A stretch of DNA of 64,000 bases, from NCBI GenBank assembly GCA_034439715.1, contig JAWXAY010000010.1:32001-96000 (forward strand). The letters run 5' to 3'. Numbering within the stretch: position 1 is the stretch's first letter; each line of letters starts with the position of its first letter. The DNA comes from Pseudomonadota bacterium (GTDB taxonomy: Bacteria; Bdellovibrionota; Bdellovibrionia; Bdellovibrionales; SG-bin7). Below are positions 20,186 through 28,469 of this stretch, piece by piece. The position numbers and the translations under genes were made by a program. The notes beneath the pieces were generated by a model. It was not told where the DNA came from and did not search any database. It worked only from the letters and a program-made list of their open reading frames with translations.

Positions 20186-22078
20186 GTGATGATTAAGAAG
20201 ACCGAGTCTGCTCGTTATTCGGAAGACGAGAAAGAAATTATTTTTTCCTATGCTGAAAGATTGACGGGCTCGTGCCAACGGGGCCGGTACAGAAAAGAAA
20301 TTCTTCTTAATAACGTTGAAAAAAGAATGCACGCCCGCGGTCTTACAAATCTAAGTCACTACTTGAAGTTTGCGACGACCGATGCCGAAGAAAAAAAATA
20401 TTTGCTTTCAGCGTTGACCATTCATACAACGGCTTGGTTTAGAGAGCCAAGCCACTATAGTAAAATTGAAAAGCTTGTTATCGAAAATATGTCAGAATTT
20501 GAGGAGAGGCCCTTAACAATGATGTGTGCAGCCTGCTCAACCGGTGAGGAAGTCTATTCGTTTGGGCTTGTATTTGAATCTATTCGCGCTTCATTTCCAA
20601 AGTTCAATTACAAAATCGTGGGCTTTGACATTGATCCCATCAGTGTCGAAAAGGGCCAAAAAGCAGTCTATCCCGCAGAGGACATTCTAAAATCGATATC
20701 TGAAAAATTCACTAAGTTTCTGTTGGTGGGCAGCGGTAAGACCGAAGGCCGCTTTACTCTTGACAAAGAAATTCGTAGCCGCTGTGAGTTCACGGCCTTT
20801 AGCTTGAAAGACGAGTGGCCCAGCACCGACCTGTTTGATATAGTTACCTGTCGAAATGCACTTATATATTTCGAGCCCAACGTTATGGCAACGATCGTAA
20901 ATAATTTAACTAAGCTCATGAAGCCCAACGGTCTTTTTGTTGTTGGCACCAGTGATTTTATTGATGCGCCAAAAAATAAACTTCATGACTTGGGCAAATC
21001 CATTTATGTCTTTGAGGGCGAGGCGCCACTTTCAAAATTTGCGAACGGCCCCAAAATACTAGTTGTGGATGACTCATCAACTATTAGGAGTATGTTAACA
21101 AAACTTTTGATTAAGTCGGGTTTTCGAGTTGATGCTGTGGAGTCAGCTGCAGAGGCTTCTGAGTTTTTACGTAAGAATAATGTGAACCTAATAACTCTGG
21201 ATCTCCATATGCCCGGCATGGATGGTCAGACATGGTTAAGTCAGCAAAGGGCCAGTGGACTAAAAACGCCCGTGGTAATCATTAGCGGCGCCAATCCAAC
21301 TGAAGCAAAAAGCGTGTTACATGCACTAGGCAGTGGAGCGCAAGATTACTTCGAAAAAGAAAAACTCATGGAGGCGCCTAAAACAATTGTGCAGTCGCTT
21401 TTTGCGATAATTGAAAGTTATGATAAGAGAAAAAATAGAAAGGTAAACATCGAAGCTAGCAAAGACGAGAGCGTAGCCTTAAAACTTACTAAAAAACCAC
21501 CTCGTAGGCGCCCGGACTTAATTTTACTGGGGGCAAGCACGGGAGGGACCGAGGCACTTAAAATAATATTAGATAAAATGCCAATCAATTCGCCACCCAT
21601 TATCGTGGTACAACATATTAGTAGTGGATTCGCAAAAGCCTTTCACGAAAAACTGGCGTCAAGCTCGGGGTTAGTAATGGCCGAAGCTGCGCCCGGTGTT
21701 CAACTAAAACCCGGGCATCTTTACATGGCTCACGGTGATTATCATATCGAACTTACTAAAAAGTATGACGAACTTTTCGTTAAAAATTCGTATTTGGCTC
21801 CCATAAATGGCATCAGGCCAAGCATTGATCATTTATTTAGATCGGCCGCAGTAACAGACTCTCATTTAATGGCTGGAATTCTTACCGGCATGGGGCGAGA
21901 TGGCGCACAAGGGTTGTTAGAGATAAAGAAAAAGGGTGGGATTACATTAGCCCAGGACGAAGACTCATGTGTAGTTTTTGGCATGCCCAAAGTAGCGATT
22001 GGCATTAACGCCGCAAGTATAGTGGCAAATCTCGTAGAAATTCGCGCTGAAATAAAGGCGGCAATTGCCGGCGAGTAA
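20186..22078 (+). CDS. CheR methyltransferase fused to complete CheB (receiver + methylesterase)
   Basis: CheR: TTAWFRE, ACSTGEEVYS, GFDID, CRNALIYF. REC: ILVVDDS, LDLHMPGMDG. CheB: GASTGG, VQHI, RPSIDHLF, LTGMGRDGA, VVFGMP. Confidence 0.92.
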   Translation: MMIKKTESARYSEDEKEIIFSYAERLTGSCQRGRYRKEILLNNVEKRMHARGLTNLSHYLKFATTDAEEKKYLLSALTIHTTAWFREPSHYSKIEKLVIENMSEFEERPLTMMCAACSTGEEVYSFGLVFESIRASFPKFNYKIVGFDIDPISVEKGQKAVYPAEDILKSISEKFTKFLLVGSGKTEGRFTLDKEIRSRCEFTAFSLKDEWPSTDLFDIVTCRNALIYFEPNVMATIVNNLTKLMKPNGLFVVGTSDFIDAPKNKLHDLGKSIYVFEGEAPLSKFANGPKILVVDDSSTIRSMLTKLLIKSGFRVDAVESAAEASEFLRKNNVNLITLDLHMPGMDGQTWLSQQRASGLKTPVVIISGANPTEAKSVLHALGSGAQDYFEKEKLMEAPKTIVQSLFAIIESYDKRKNRKVNIEASKDESVALKLTKKPPRRRPDLILLGASTGGTEALKIILDKMPINSPPIIVVQHISSGFAKAFHEKLASSSGLVMAEAAPGVQLKPGHLYMAHGDYHIELTKKYDELFVKNSYLAPINGIRPSIDHLFRSAAVTDSHLMAGILTGMGRDGAQGLLEIKKKGGITLAQDEDSCVVFGMPKVAIGINAASIVANLVEIRAEIKAAIAGE

Positions 22079-22217
22079 ACCATGCTTTTTGGCACCATGA
22101 ATAAATGACTCGGTAAGGATTTCAAATCAGCGCTCCGTACTATTTAAGCGACTTAATAATCATAAGTATTTTCAATACATCAGAAACTAGAGTCGATTGT
22201 TTCATATACTTATTTGC

Positions 22218-22233
22218 TGGCATGGACTTTGAA
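22218..22233 (+). promoter_or_regulatory. Possible sigma54 (-24/-12) promoter of HMG-CoA synthase
   Basis: TGGCATGGACTTTGAA: good -24 box and correct spacing, but -12 reads TTGA instead of TTGC. Confidence 0.4.
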
Positions 22234-22285
22234 GTGGGAACTGATGACGATTTATTTCAATATGTTTTCTTGAAGGAGATTTCCC

Positions 22286-23536
22286 ATGAAAGTTGGTCTG
22301 GAAGCAATAGCTTTTGATATTCCAAAATTTTATGTCGACATGACAGAGTTAGCGCATTACCGAAGCATTGATCCCGCTAAGTTCACTAAAGGTCTTGGCC
22401 AACTAGAAATGTCTGTGGCCTCGCCCTGTGAGGACACAGTAACTTTGGCGGCGGGTGCAGCCATTAAACTGATGCACGGCTTTAATATTGATAAAGAATC
22501 AATCGGACTTTGTGTCGTGGGCACTGAGACTCCTATAGATCAAAGTAAGCCCATAGCTTCTCACATCCACGAGATTTTAGGACTCCCTAAAAATTGTCGC
22601 GTTTTTGAAACAAAACACGCTTGTTACGGGGCGACGGCAGCCCTTGCCATGGCTACAGATTGGATTCTATCGGGACGGGCGCAGGGCAAAAAAGCAATAA
22701 TAATAGCAAGTGATATTGCTCGCTACGGGTTGAAAACTGCAGGCGAACCCACGCAAGGTGCTGGTGCCGTGGCGATGCTGATTTCAGACAACCCAAAATT
22801 GCTAGAGTTAGAAACCAATTATGTTGGTAACTACTCAGAACAGGTTATGGATTTTTGGCGACCAACATACTCTAAAGAAGCTTTTGCTGATGGTCATTTT
22901 TCAATTCAATGTTACTTAACGGCCTTAGCAGGTTCCTACGACGCCTACAGAGAAAGTTTTACGAAACAGCATGCCGATGCTCCTGAAATGCTAGCCAGTC
23001 GTTTTGCCGCTTGTTTGTATCACGTGCCGTTTGTCAAAATGGCGAATAAAGCTCACCACAAATTAATCGAACACGAAACGAAAACTAAAATAGAAAAAGA
23101 TGACCCACGCATGAATGACGTCATCAAGGACTTTAATGAGCGGGTGGCTGGTAATTTAAATCTCAACGCCAGGATTGGAAATGTATATACTGGCTCTCTG
23201 TATCTTTCGCTTTTTAACTTCCTGGAACAGAATAGCGCCAAAAACGTGGGCCGCGCGATTAGTCTATTTAGTTATGGCAGCGGCTGCACCTCAGAATTTT
23301 TTAGCGGAATTGTACAGCCCGGCGCAGAATTAGCTTTACAAAAAGTTTCGTCGCAGTCGGCATTGAATTCCCGCATTCGCATTCCCGTTGATCATTATGA
23401 AAAAATGTTGAATGCATCGGCCGAATCCGACCAAAATAATGTCGAGGTTTCTGATCCTAAAACTTGGCATATTACAGGTCCGGTACTTTATTTAGGAAAT
23501 AAAGACCACAAACGACAGTATGCCGTTAATCAGTGA
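22286..23536 (+). CDS. mvaS: Hydroxymethylglutaryl-CoA synthase
   Basis: VGTET, KHACYG (catalytic Cys), GEPTQGAGAVAML, YHVPF, GNVYTGS, FSYGSG; AAGGAG RBS. Confidence 0.93.
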   Translation: MKVGLEAIAFDIPKFYVDMTELAHYRSIDPAKFTKGLGQLEMSVASPCEDTVTLAAGAAIKLMHGFNIDKESIGLCVVGTETPIDQSKPIASHIHEILGLPKNCRVFETKHACYGATAALAMATDWILSGRAQGKKAIIIASDIARYGLKTAGEPTQGAGAVAMLISDNPKLLELETNYVGNYSEQVMDFWRPTYSKEAFADGHFSIQCYLTALAGSYDAYRESFTKQHADAPEMLASRFAACLYHVPFVKMANKAHHKLIEHETKTKIEKDDPRMNDVIKDFNERVAGNLNLNARIGNVYTGSLYLSLFNFLEQNSAKNVGRAISLFSYGSGCTSEFFSGIVQPGAELALQKVSSQSALNSRIRIPVDHYEKMLNASAESDQNNVEVSDPKTWHITGPVLYLGNKDHKRQYAVNQ

Positions 23537-24344
23537 ACCGACCTAATACCGGCGATAAGAGCAATAATATTACCGGTATTGAGGCAAATAAAACCACAAT
23601 AAACGCACCTGCGGGCAGATCCCAGATGTGACTTAGGGTCATACCAATAAAGCTTAAAGCAAATCCTAGAGCCCATCCAAAAAAAAGGCGAGCACGAATA
23701 CTATTAAAAAACAAGGTTCCCACGACAGCGGGTACAATTAAATAAGCGAATACCTGCAGTACTCCGGCGACGCTCACAGAGGACGTAATGACTACGCCGA
23801 ATAATACATAAAATAGAAAGTCCCAATACCCCGTCTTTTCTGTTTTTTTGCCAAATGAGGCCGCAATGAGTTGTCTTCTAAAAACAAAATGAATACCAGC
23901 AACGATGCTATAAATGATTCCAGTTTTTATGACGTCAAACCAAGTTACCCACAATACCTGACCTACTAGTAGATCTTTAATGTGCTCTGCTCCATGCGCA
24001 ATGCGGTCAACGACAAGAACTACAGCAGCAGAAGCTAACGCATAGACGATGCCGATGATTGCTTCTTGTGAAAATAATTTTTCGTGACGTCTTGCCAATG
24101 CAAAAAGGCCGGCGACGGCGAATGTGCTAAATAGAGAAATAAAATAGGTCCCAGCCGAATTGTGTTCAAAGCCAAATAATATCGCGATCGTGGCTCCAAA
24201 AGCAGCTACTTGCGCTAGACTGAGATCCACAAAAATCACCCCACGTGCCAGCACATGTAATCCCAAATAACAATGAATTCCGGCCAAGATTAGACACATC
24301 ACAAACGGTGCAGCTAGAAATGTTAGGGCGTTCACCAGCTCCAT
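23526..24344 (-). CDS. Zn/Mn-type metal ABC transporter permease (ABC-3 family)
   Basis: GLHVLARGVIFVDLSLAQVAAFG, EAIIGIVYA, GVLQVFAYLIVPA; highly hydrophobic. Confidence 0.88.
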   Translation of the reverse strand: MELVNALTFLAAPFVMCLILAGIHCYLGLHVLARGVIFVDLSLAQVAAFGATIAILFGFEHNSAGTYFISLFSTFAVAGLFALARRHEKLFSQEAIIGIVYALASAAVVLVVDRIAHGAEHIKDLLVGQVLWVTWFDVIKTGIIYSIVAGIHFVFRRQLIAASFGKKTEKTGYWDFLFYVLFGVVITSSVSVAGVLQVFAYLIVPAVVGTLFFNSIRARLFFGWALGFALSFIGMTLSHIWDLPAGAFIVVLFASIPVILLLLSPVLGRFTD

Positions 24345-24367
24345 TATTTATTCCTCTATTCATTTCT

Positions 24368-25291
24368 CTAGTTATTATTTTGATCCACAATGCCTTTTAC
24401 TAAGTTTTCGTACAAGTCGTCTATTGTAGCAATTCCCTCGGCGCCATCCACAGCGACAGGAACGGTTGCCGATCGAATCGAGGGAATTGTTTGTTTAATT
24501 TTTTCTGTCACCGTTGGGGCAAAATAATTTTCTACGAGTATCAATGAAATTTGGTCTTTCTTGATGGTATCTATTACTTTAAGAATATGTGCGCTGGTTG
24601 GAGGAATTCCCGGCTTTGGTTCTAGGATTACGGGATTTTCAATTTGAAATCGGTCTAAAAAATAAGTGAGCGTTCTGTGATAGGTGACAGCTTTTTTTAT
24701 ACCAGCCGCTTGAATTCTCTGTTGCCACTCTTTGGTTTTCTTTTGCATTCTCAATTGCAGAGCGAGCGCATTTTTTTGATACTCAGCAGTATTCGCGCTG
24801 TCAAGCTCACCTAGTCGCTCAGCAATTTTCAAGGCGATTTCACCAGTTCTGATAGGATCTAAAGTGACATGTGGATTACCAAATGGGTGTACATCACCAT
24901 CGGCTCTGCTGATTCGACCGATGGGTATTTCTAACGGTTTTACAAAGGTTCCCACCTCGAGGTAGCCTTTTTGGCCCTGATTTATTTTTGGGTTCCTCGC
25001 TCCGCGGATAAGGCTGGGTAGCCAACCCACTTCTAAATCCAGTCCAATTGCAATCAGCAGATCAGCTTTGCTTACTTTAGTCATATAAGAAGGCTTGGCT
25101 TCTATAAAGTGAGGGTCCTGCGTGCCCTTAGCAATTGAGTTTACGTTAATGAATTTTTGTCCAACTTCATTTGTGATTGCGCGTAAGTCAGTAGTGGTTG
25201 TGACTACGTTAAGTTCAGCCAGAGCGCTAACTGCTGATAAATTGAAAGTACTCAATATAACGGGAATTAAAATAGAGTTTAATAAACGCAT
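24368..25291 (-). CDS. Zn/Mn-type metal ABC substrate-binding protein (ZnuA/TroA family)
   Basis: QDPHFIEAKPS, GDVHPFGNPH, TYH, EPKPGIPPT. Start set to ATG 25291 (signal peptide, GGGGAG RBS). Confidence 0.9.
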   Translation of the reverse strand: MRLLNSILIPVILSTFNLSAVSALAELNVVTTTTDLRAITNEVGQKFINVNSIAKGTQDPHFIEAKPSYMTKVSKADLLIAIGLDLEVGWLPSLIRGARNPKINQGQKGYLEVGTFVKPLEIPIGRISRADGDVHPFGNPHVTLDPIRTGEIALKIAERLGELDSANTAEYQKNALALQLRMQKKTKEWQQRIQAAGIKKAVTYHRTLTYFLDRFQIENPVILEPKPGIPPTSAHILKVIDTIKKDQISLILVENYFAPTVTEKIKQTIPSIRSATVPVAVDGAEGIATIDDLYENLVKGIVDQNNN

Positions 25292-25304
25292 TTTGAACTC
25301 CCCA

Positions 25305-26375
25305 TTAATAGGTATGCGCTGGGTGCACACCGATACTAATGTTATACTGAAGAGCCACCACATGATCCACATTGTTTTTGCCTTGTGTGTTGATGCGATT
25401 ATACTGCATCCTGAATCCCGAAAATTCAGAGGGTAAGAATCCCAAGAGAATACTTTGCTTATTCTGAAATGGGATAACATCCGGATGAGGTAATCCCACA
25501 TACTCATATCGTAGTTGCAGCCACCAACGCTCTGCAAATTGGTATTGTATCCAAGTAGCGACCCCGCCCAATTTTTCTGTAGTCTCTGCGGTAGTGGGTT
25601 CTGTAAATCCCCTTCGATTTGCCTGTAAATATTCGGTCGACCATATTAGGGCGTGATACTTACCACCTTTTTCAGGTCTCCATTTAGAAGTCAGATCGAT
25701 GCCAAAGATAGAACTGTTTCTGTCGAGCTGGTTACGTCCTTCTGCCGCCGATAGACCAAGCTCAAGGGTTAAGTCTGAACTCAAATCCCAAAGATTTTTA
25801 ATGTGTACCAACCCACCCGAATGGCGAGATTTAGGACTATTAAAGATGGTTTCATTGCTGAGACTAAACGCCTGCAACACTATCTCCGAATACCATTTAG
25901 CAGGTATCAAAATAGCTGCTGAAACACCTGATTCATTGATGCCCTCGTCACCCAATAACGTCTGGTGAATTAATGGGGCGTCGACAAAAGGAAAAGCATG
26001 TGCGTGCAACTCATTGTGCCTTCCCAGTGCCAATTTAAATTTGCCGGCCTTTAAGATCATATGTGGTAGTGAAATCGTCTCAATAAAAACGTCTTCGGGT
26101 TCGATGACAAACCCGGGATCACCGGCTTCTTGGCCGACCGCCAATAGTACTTTAGCTTTCGTATAAGGATCGACGTCAGCCGTAAATTGTATTTCAGCTT
26201 CTTGCAGAGAAAATCCATTGTGGGGAACATCTAAGCGATCATTTGAAATGTCAGTGCCTGACAAAAATAATCCTAAAAAATTTGCGCTGATGTCAGGATT
26301 AAAGGCTTTTGTGTTTTGTGCAAGTGCGCCGAGTGGAAATGCGCAAAAAATTAAAATAGGTAACAGTTTAGTCAT
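25305..26375 (-). CDS. Outer-membrane beta-barrel, putative metal porin
   Basis: Signal peptide, FNPDIS, LQEAEIQFTADVDPY, His motifs HNELHAHAFPF and C-terminal GVHPAHTY; alternating beta-strand pattern; GGAG RBS before ATG 26375. Confidence 0.75.
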   Translation of the reverse strand: MTKLLPILIFCAFPLGALAQNTKAFNPDISANFLGLFLSGTDISNDRLDVPHNGFSLQEAEIQFTADVDPYTKAKVLLAVGQEAGDPGFVIEPEDVFIETISLPHMILKAGKFKLALGRHNELHAHAFPFVDAPLIHQTLLGDEGINESGVSAAILIPAKWYSEIVLQAFSLSNETIFNSPKSRHSGGLVHIKNLWDLSSDLTLELGLSAAEGRNQLDRNSSIFGIDLTSKWRPEKGGKYHALIWSTEYLQANRRGFTEPTTAETTEKLGGVATWIQYQFAERWWLQLRYEYVGLPHPDVIPFQNKQSILLGFLPSEFSGFRMQYNRINTQGKNNVDHVVALQYNISIGVHPAHTY

Positions 26376-26425
26376 AGGGGCTCCAAATAAATTTTGGTAA
26401 TTAAAAAAATAGGAACTAAAAAACA

Positions 26426-26698
26426 TTAGGAGACGTGTGGAGGTGCCCGGGCAGGTGAGTTAAGGACTATTAAGGGCGACAATATTATACGCTCCAACTT
26501 AGGAAGCAAATAGGTCTCAATTTGAATAGCTATTAAGAAAATAATTGGATCACAAGTGATTGTTATTGTGTTTGATTGAACTTCGCAAATTGGACAGTGA
26601 TGCTTTTCATTGTTAGACCCTTGAGGTTCATGGCTAAAGTCGTGGAACTGTAAGGCCAGAAGTGCAACAATTATGATTAAAGGCAACAATTTACGCAT
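26426..26698 (-). CDS. DUF2946-like leader protein with CxxC and C-terminal RAPP
   Basis: Hydrophobic N-terminus, HDFSHE, HHCPIC, ends SPARAPPHVS; first gene of the metal-uptake operon. Confidence 0.78.
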   Translation of the reverse strand: MRKLLPLIIIVALLALQFHDFSHEPQGSNNEKHHCPICEVQSNTITITCDPIIFLIAIQIETYLLPKLERIILSPLIVLNSPARAPPHVS

Positions 26699-26706
26699 CA
26701 GAGGAG

Positions 26707-26736
26707 AGTATAGTGACTTTCAAAAAAAAGTCACTA
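26707..26736 (-). promoter_or_regulatory. Perfect 10-bp inverted repeat overlapping a sigma70-like -10 box
   Basis: TAGTGACTTT-N6-AAAGTCACTA (26711-26736); on the minus strand TATACT (26712-26707) ends 8 nt before ATG 26698. Confidence 0.6.
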
Positions 26737-26785
26737 GAAGAAAATACTCTTCGTTTAATAGGCGTGCTTATGAGCAATGCTGTTC

Positions 26786-27727
26786 CTATTCTAGGTATCT
26801 CTGCATTTGATTATACCCTAATCTCGCTATAGCGGCCCTTTGATTGCAGTGTCGACAGAGTAGTCTTAGGTTTTTGATGTCTGAAGACCCACCCAAGCTT
26901 AGCGGGTTTAGATGATCAATCTCCAAGGCATATTCGGAACTACAATTTTGGCATTTTCCTGCAGCTTTACGCCAAACATCTTTTTTTAATTTTATAGAAA
27001 TATATTGTCTCGTGGGTTTTGTCGTTGTGATCACCGCTACTTTCGGCGCCGGCGGTATGTTTTTGGGCAAATCGATTTTCTGTTTCTTTCCTATTTTAAG
27101 TTCTCGGCGCAAAGGATCCAGTTCATTTAATGCCATTTCACAAAGTTCATTGATAAGGTCTGAGGTATTTAGGCCCGGCTTTCGATGGGCAATCAGGCCC
27201 TTAATTCGATTCATCTTAGAAAGTAAATTCTGATCAGCCGAAAATCTCACCTCAGTAACTTCTGGCGTAACTTGTCTGAATTTTTCTACGACGGGTTTGG
27301 GCGGAACAGAAGATCTCGATATTAAAATTTTCTCCCCTTCACGACTGGATTTGTTCGAAAGTTCCTCTAAAACTTTAAACTTTTCATGAGGACTCATGGC
27401 AGACAGTTTTTCTTCTTGGTTAAAAAACGTTTTAGCTTGAACAACATTACTTAAACTCAATTCGCCTCTTGAAATTTTTTCTTCAATTGTTGGAATCTCT
27501 GTAATCATACGCATGGCCACAATTCTTCGCTGGGCCTGGCTTTCTGAATACTTAAGAGCCTGCATGCAGTACGAAAACAAACTGGGAAATCCCAGAGCAG
27601 AATAGAGTCTTCGTCTTTGGATTTCCTGCAAGTGACGCAGGATCTCGGTTAAGACTTCGCGCTCGGATGTCACCAGTGATTTTGTTTTTTCAAGTAACTC
27701 TTTGTCAGATAAACTATTTAAGTTCAT
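26786..27727 (-). CDS. HNH endonuclease with long helical N-terminal domain
   Basis: C-terminal CQNC...LEIDHLNPLSLGGSSDIKNLRLLCRHCN (McrA-type HNH with two CxxC). Start ATG 27727 after a G-rich RBS; 27739 is an alternative. Confidence 0.85.
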   Translation of the reverse strand: MNLNSLSDKELLEKTKSLVTSEREVLTEILRHLQEIQRRRLYSALGFPSLFSYCMQALKYSESQAQRRIVAMRMITEIPTIEEKISRGELSLSNVVQAKTFFNQEEKLSAMSPHEKFKVLEELSNKSSREGEKILISRSSVPPKPVVEKFRQVTPEVTEVRFSADQNLLSKMNRIKGLIAHRKPGLNTSDLINELCEMALNELDPLRRELKIGKKQKIDLPKNIPPAPKVAVITTTKPTRQYISIKLKKDVWRKAAGKCQNCSSEYALEIDHLNPLSLGGSSDIKNLRLLCRHCNQRAAIARLGYNQMQRYLE

Positions 27728-28001
27728 AAAGCCCCCCATTTAAACCAAACATAACACGGTATTTTTCGCACGAATTTTTCCTCCTTAAACCGACGCAAGC
27801 TGGTTTCTAAAAATAGAGAGTTCGCAGGCCTGCATAGTTATGGCAGCACTCAGCTAAAGGCCCGCAAGTGACTTTAACAAGGGTGCAGTGCTGGCGATGC
27901 AATGACGTATAAATTTTTTCGAAAATTTATTAAACTGATGTCAAGGAAAGTTTAAAAAAATAATACCAAAATATTAAAAATGGAATTAACTTGTATGAAA
28001 A

Positions 28002-28469
28002 TCAGTGAATGATTTTTAGGCCCTTAAGACTGTAAGGCACTTGGGATTTCATGGCCTTTGTTGACTGAGCGCCAACTTTATCTGATTCAGGAGGCGTCAA
28101 AATTTGGGTTGTCCCATACTTTACCCCATCCTGAAGTTCGTAAACAGAAAAAACCACTTTCCACTGACTTGATTTAAATCGCACCACGATTTCAGAGTGT
28201 ACCGTGGTGCCGGCCTTCACGTCGTTATGGTTGACAGTTGTGGTGCCCTGCACCAGTTCCACTTCGGGGGGTAAAATCCAGTCCATGGTAAGCTCGTTAT
28301 AATCTTGTGCCACGGTAGCCTTGCCGGTTAATGTGATGTCGAGGTTTGGATCATCGTATTTTGTTTGAGACGGAATTATTTCAAGTGCCAGCGGGCCCTT
28401 ACTTTTAGAAATTGCACCATTTGAAAAAAGCAATAGTCCTACTAAAAAAAAATTTGAAATTAAGGACAT
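28002..28469 (-). CDS. Hypothetical exported protein (beta-rich)
   Basis: Signal-peptide-like N-terminus; start overlaps the end of the upstream peptidase gene. Confidence 0.65.
   Translation of the reverse strand: MSLISNFFLVGLLLFSNGAISKSKGPLALEIIPSQTKYDDPNLDITLTGKATVAQDYNELTMDWILPPEVELVQGTTTVNHNDVKAGTTVHSEIVVRFKSSQWKVVFSVYELQDGVKYGTTQILTPPESDKVGAQSTKAMKSQVPYSLKGLKIIH

Noticed and set aside
25292..25537. N-terminal extension of the SBP ORF in the ORF track
   Set aside because: Overlaps the porin gene in another frame; the signal peptide and RBS point to ATG 25291.
26786..27727. IscB/Cas9-like RNA-guided nuclease
   Set aside because: No PLMP or RuvC motifs; only a C-terminal HNH domain.
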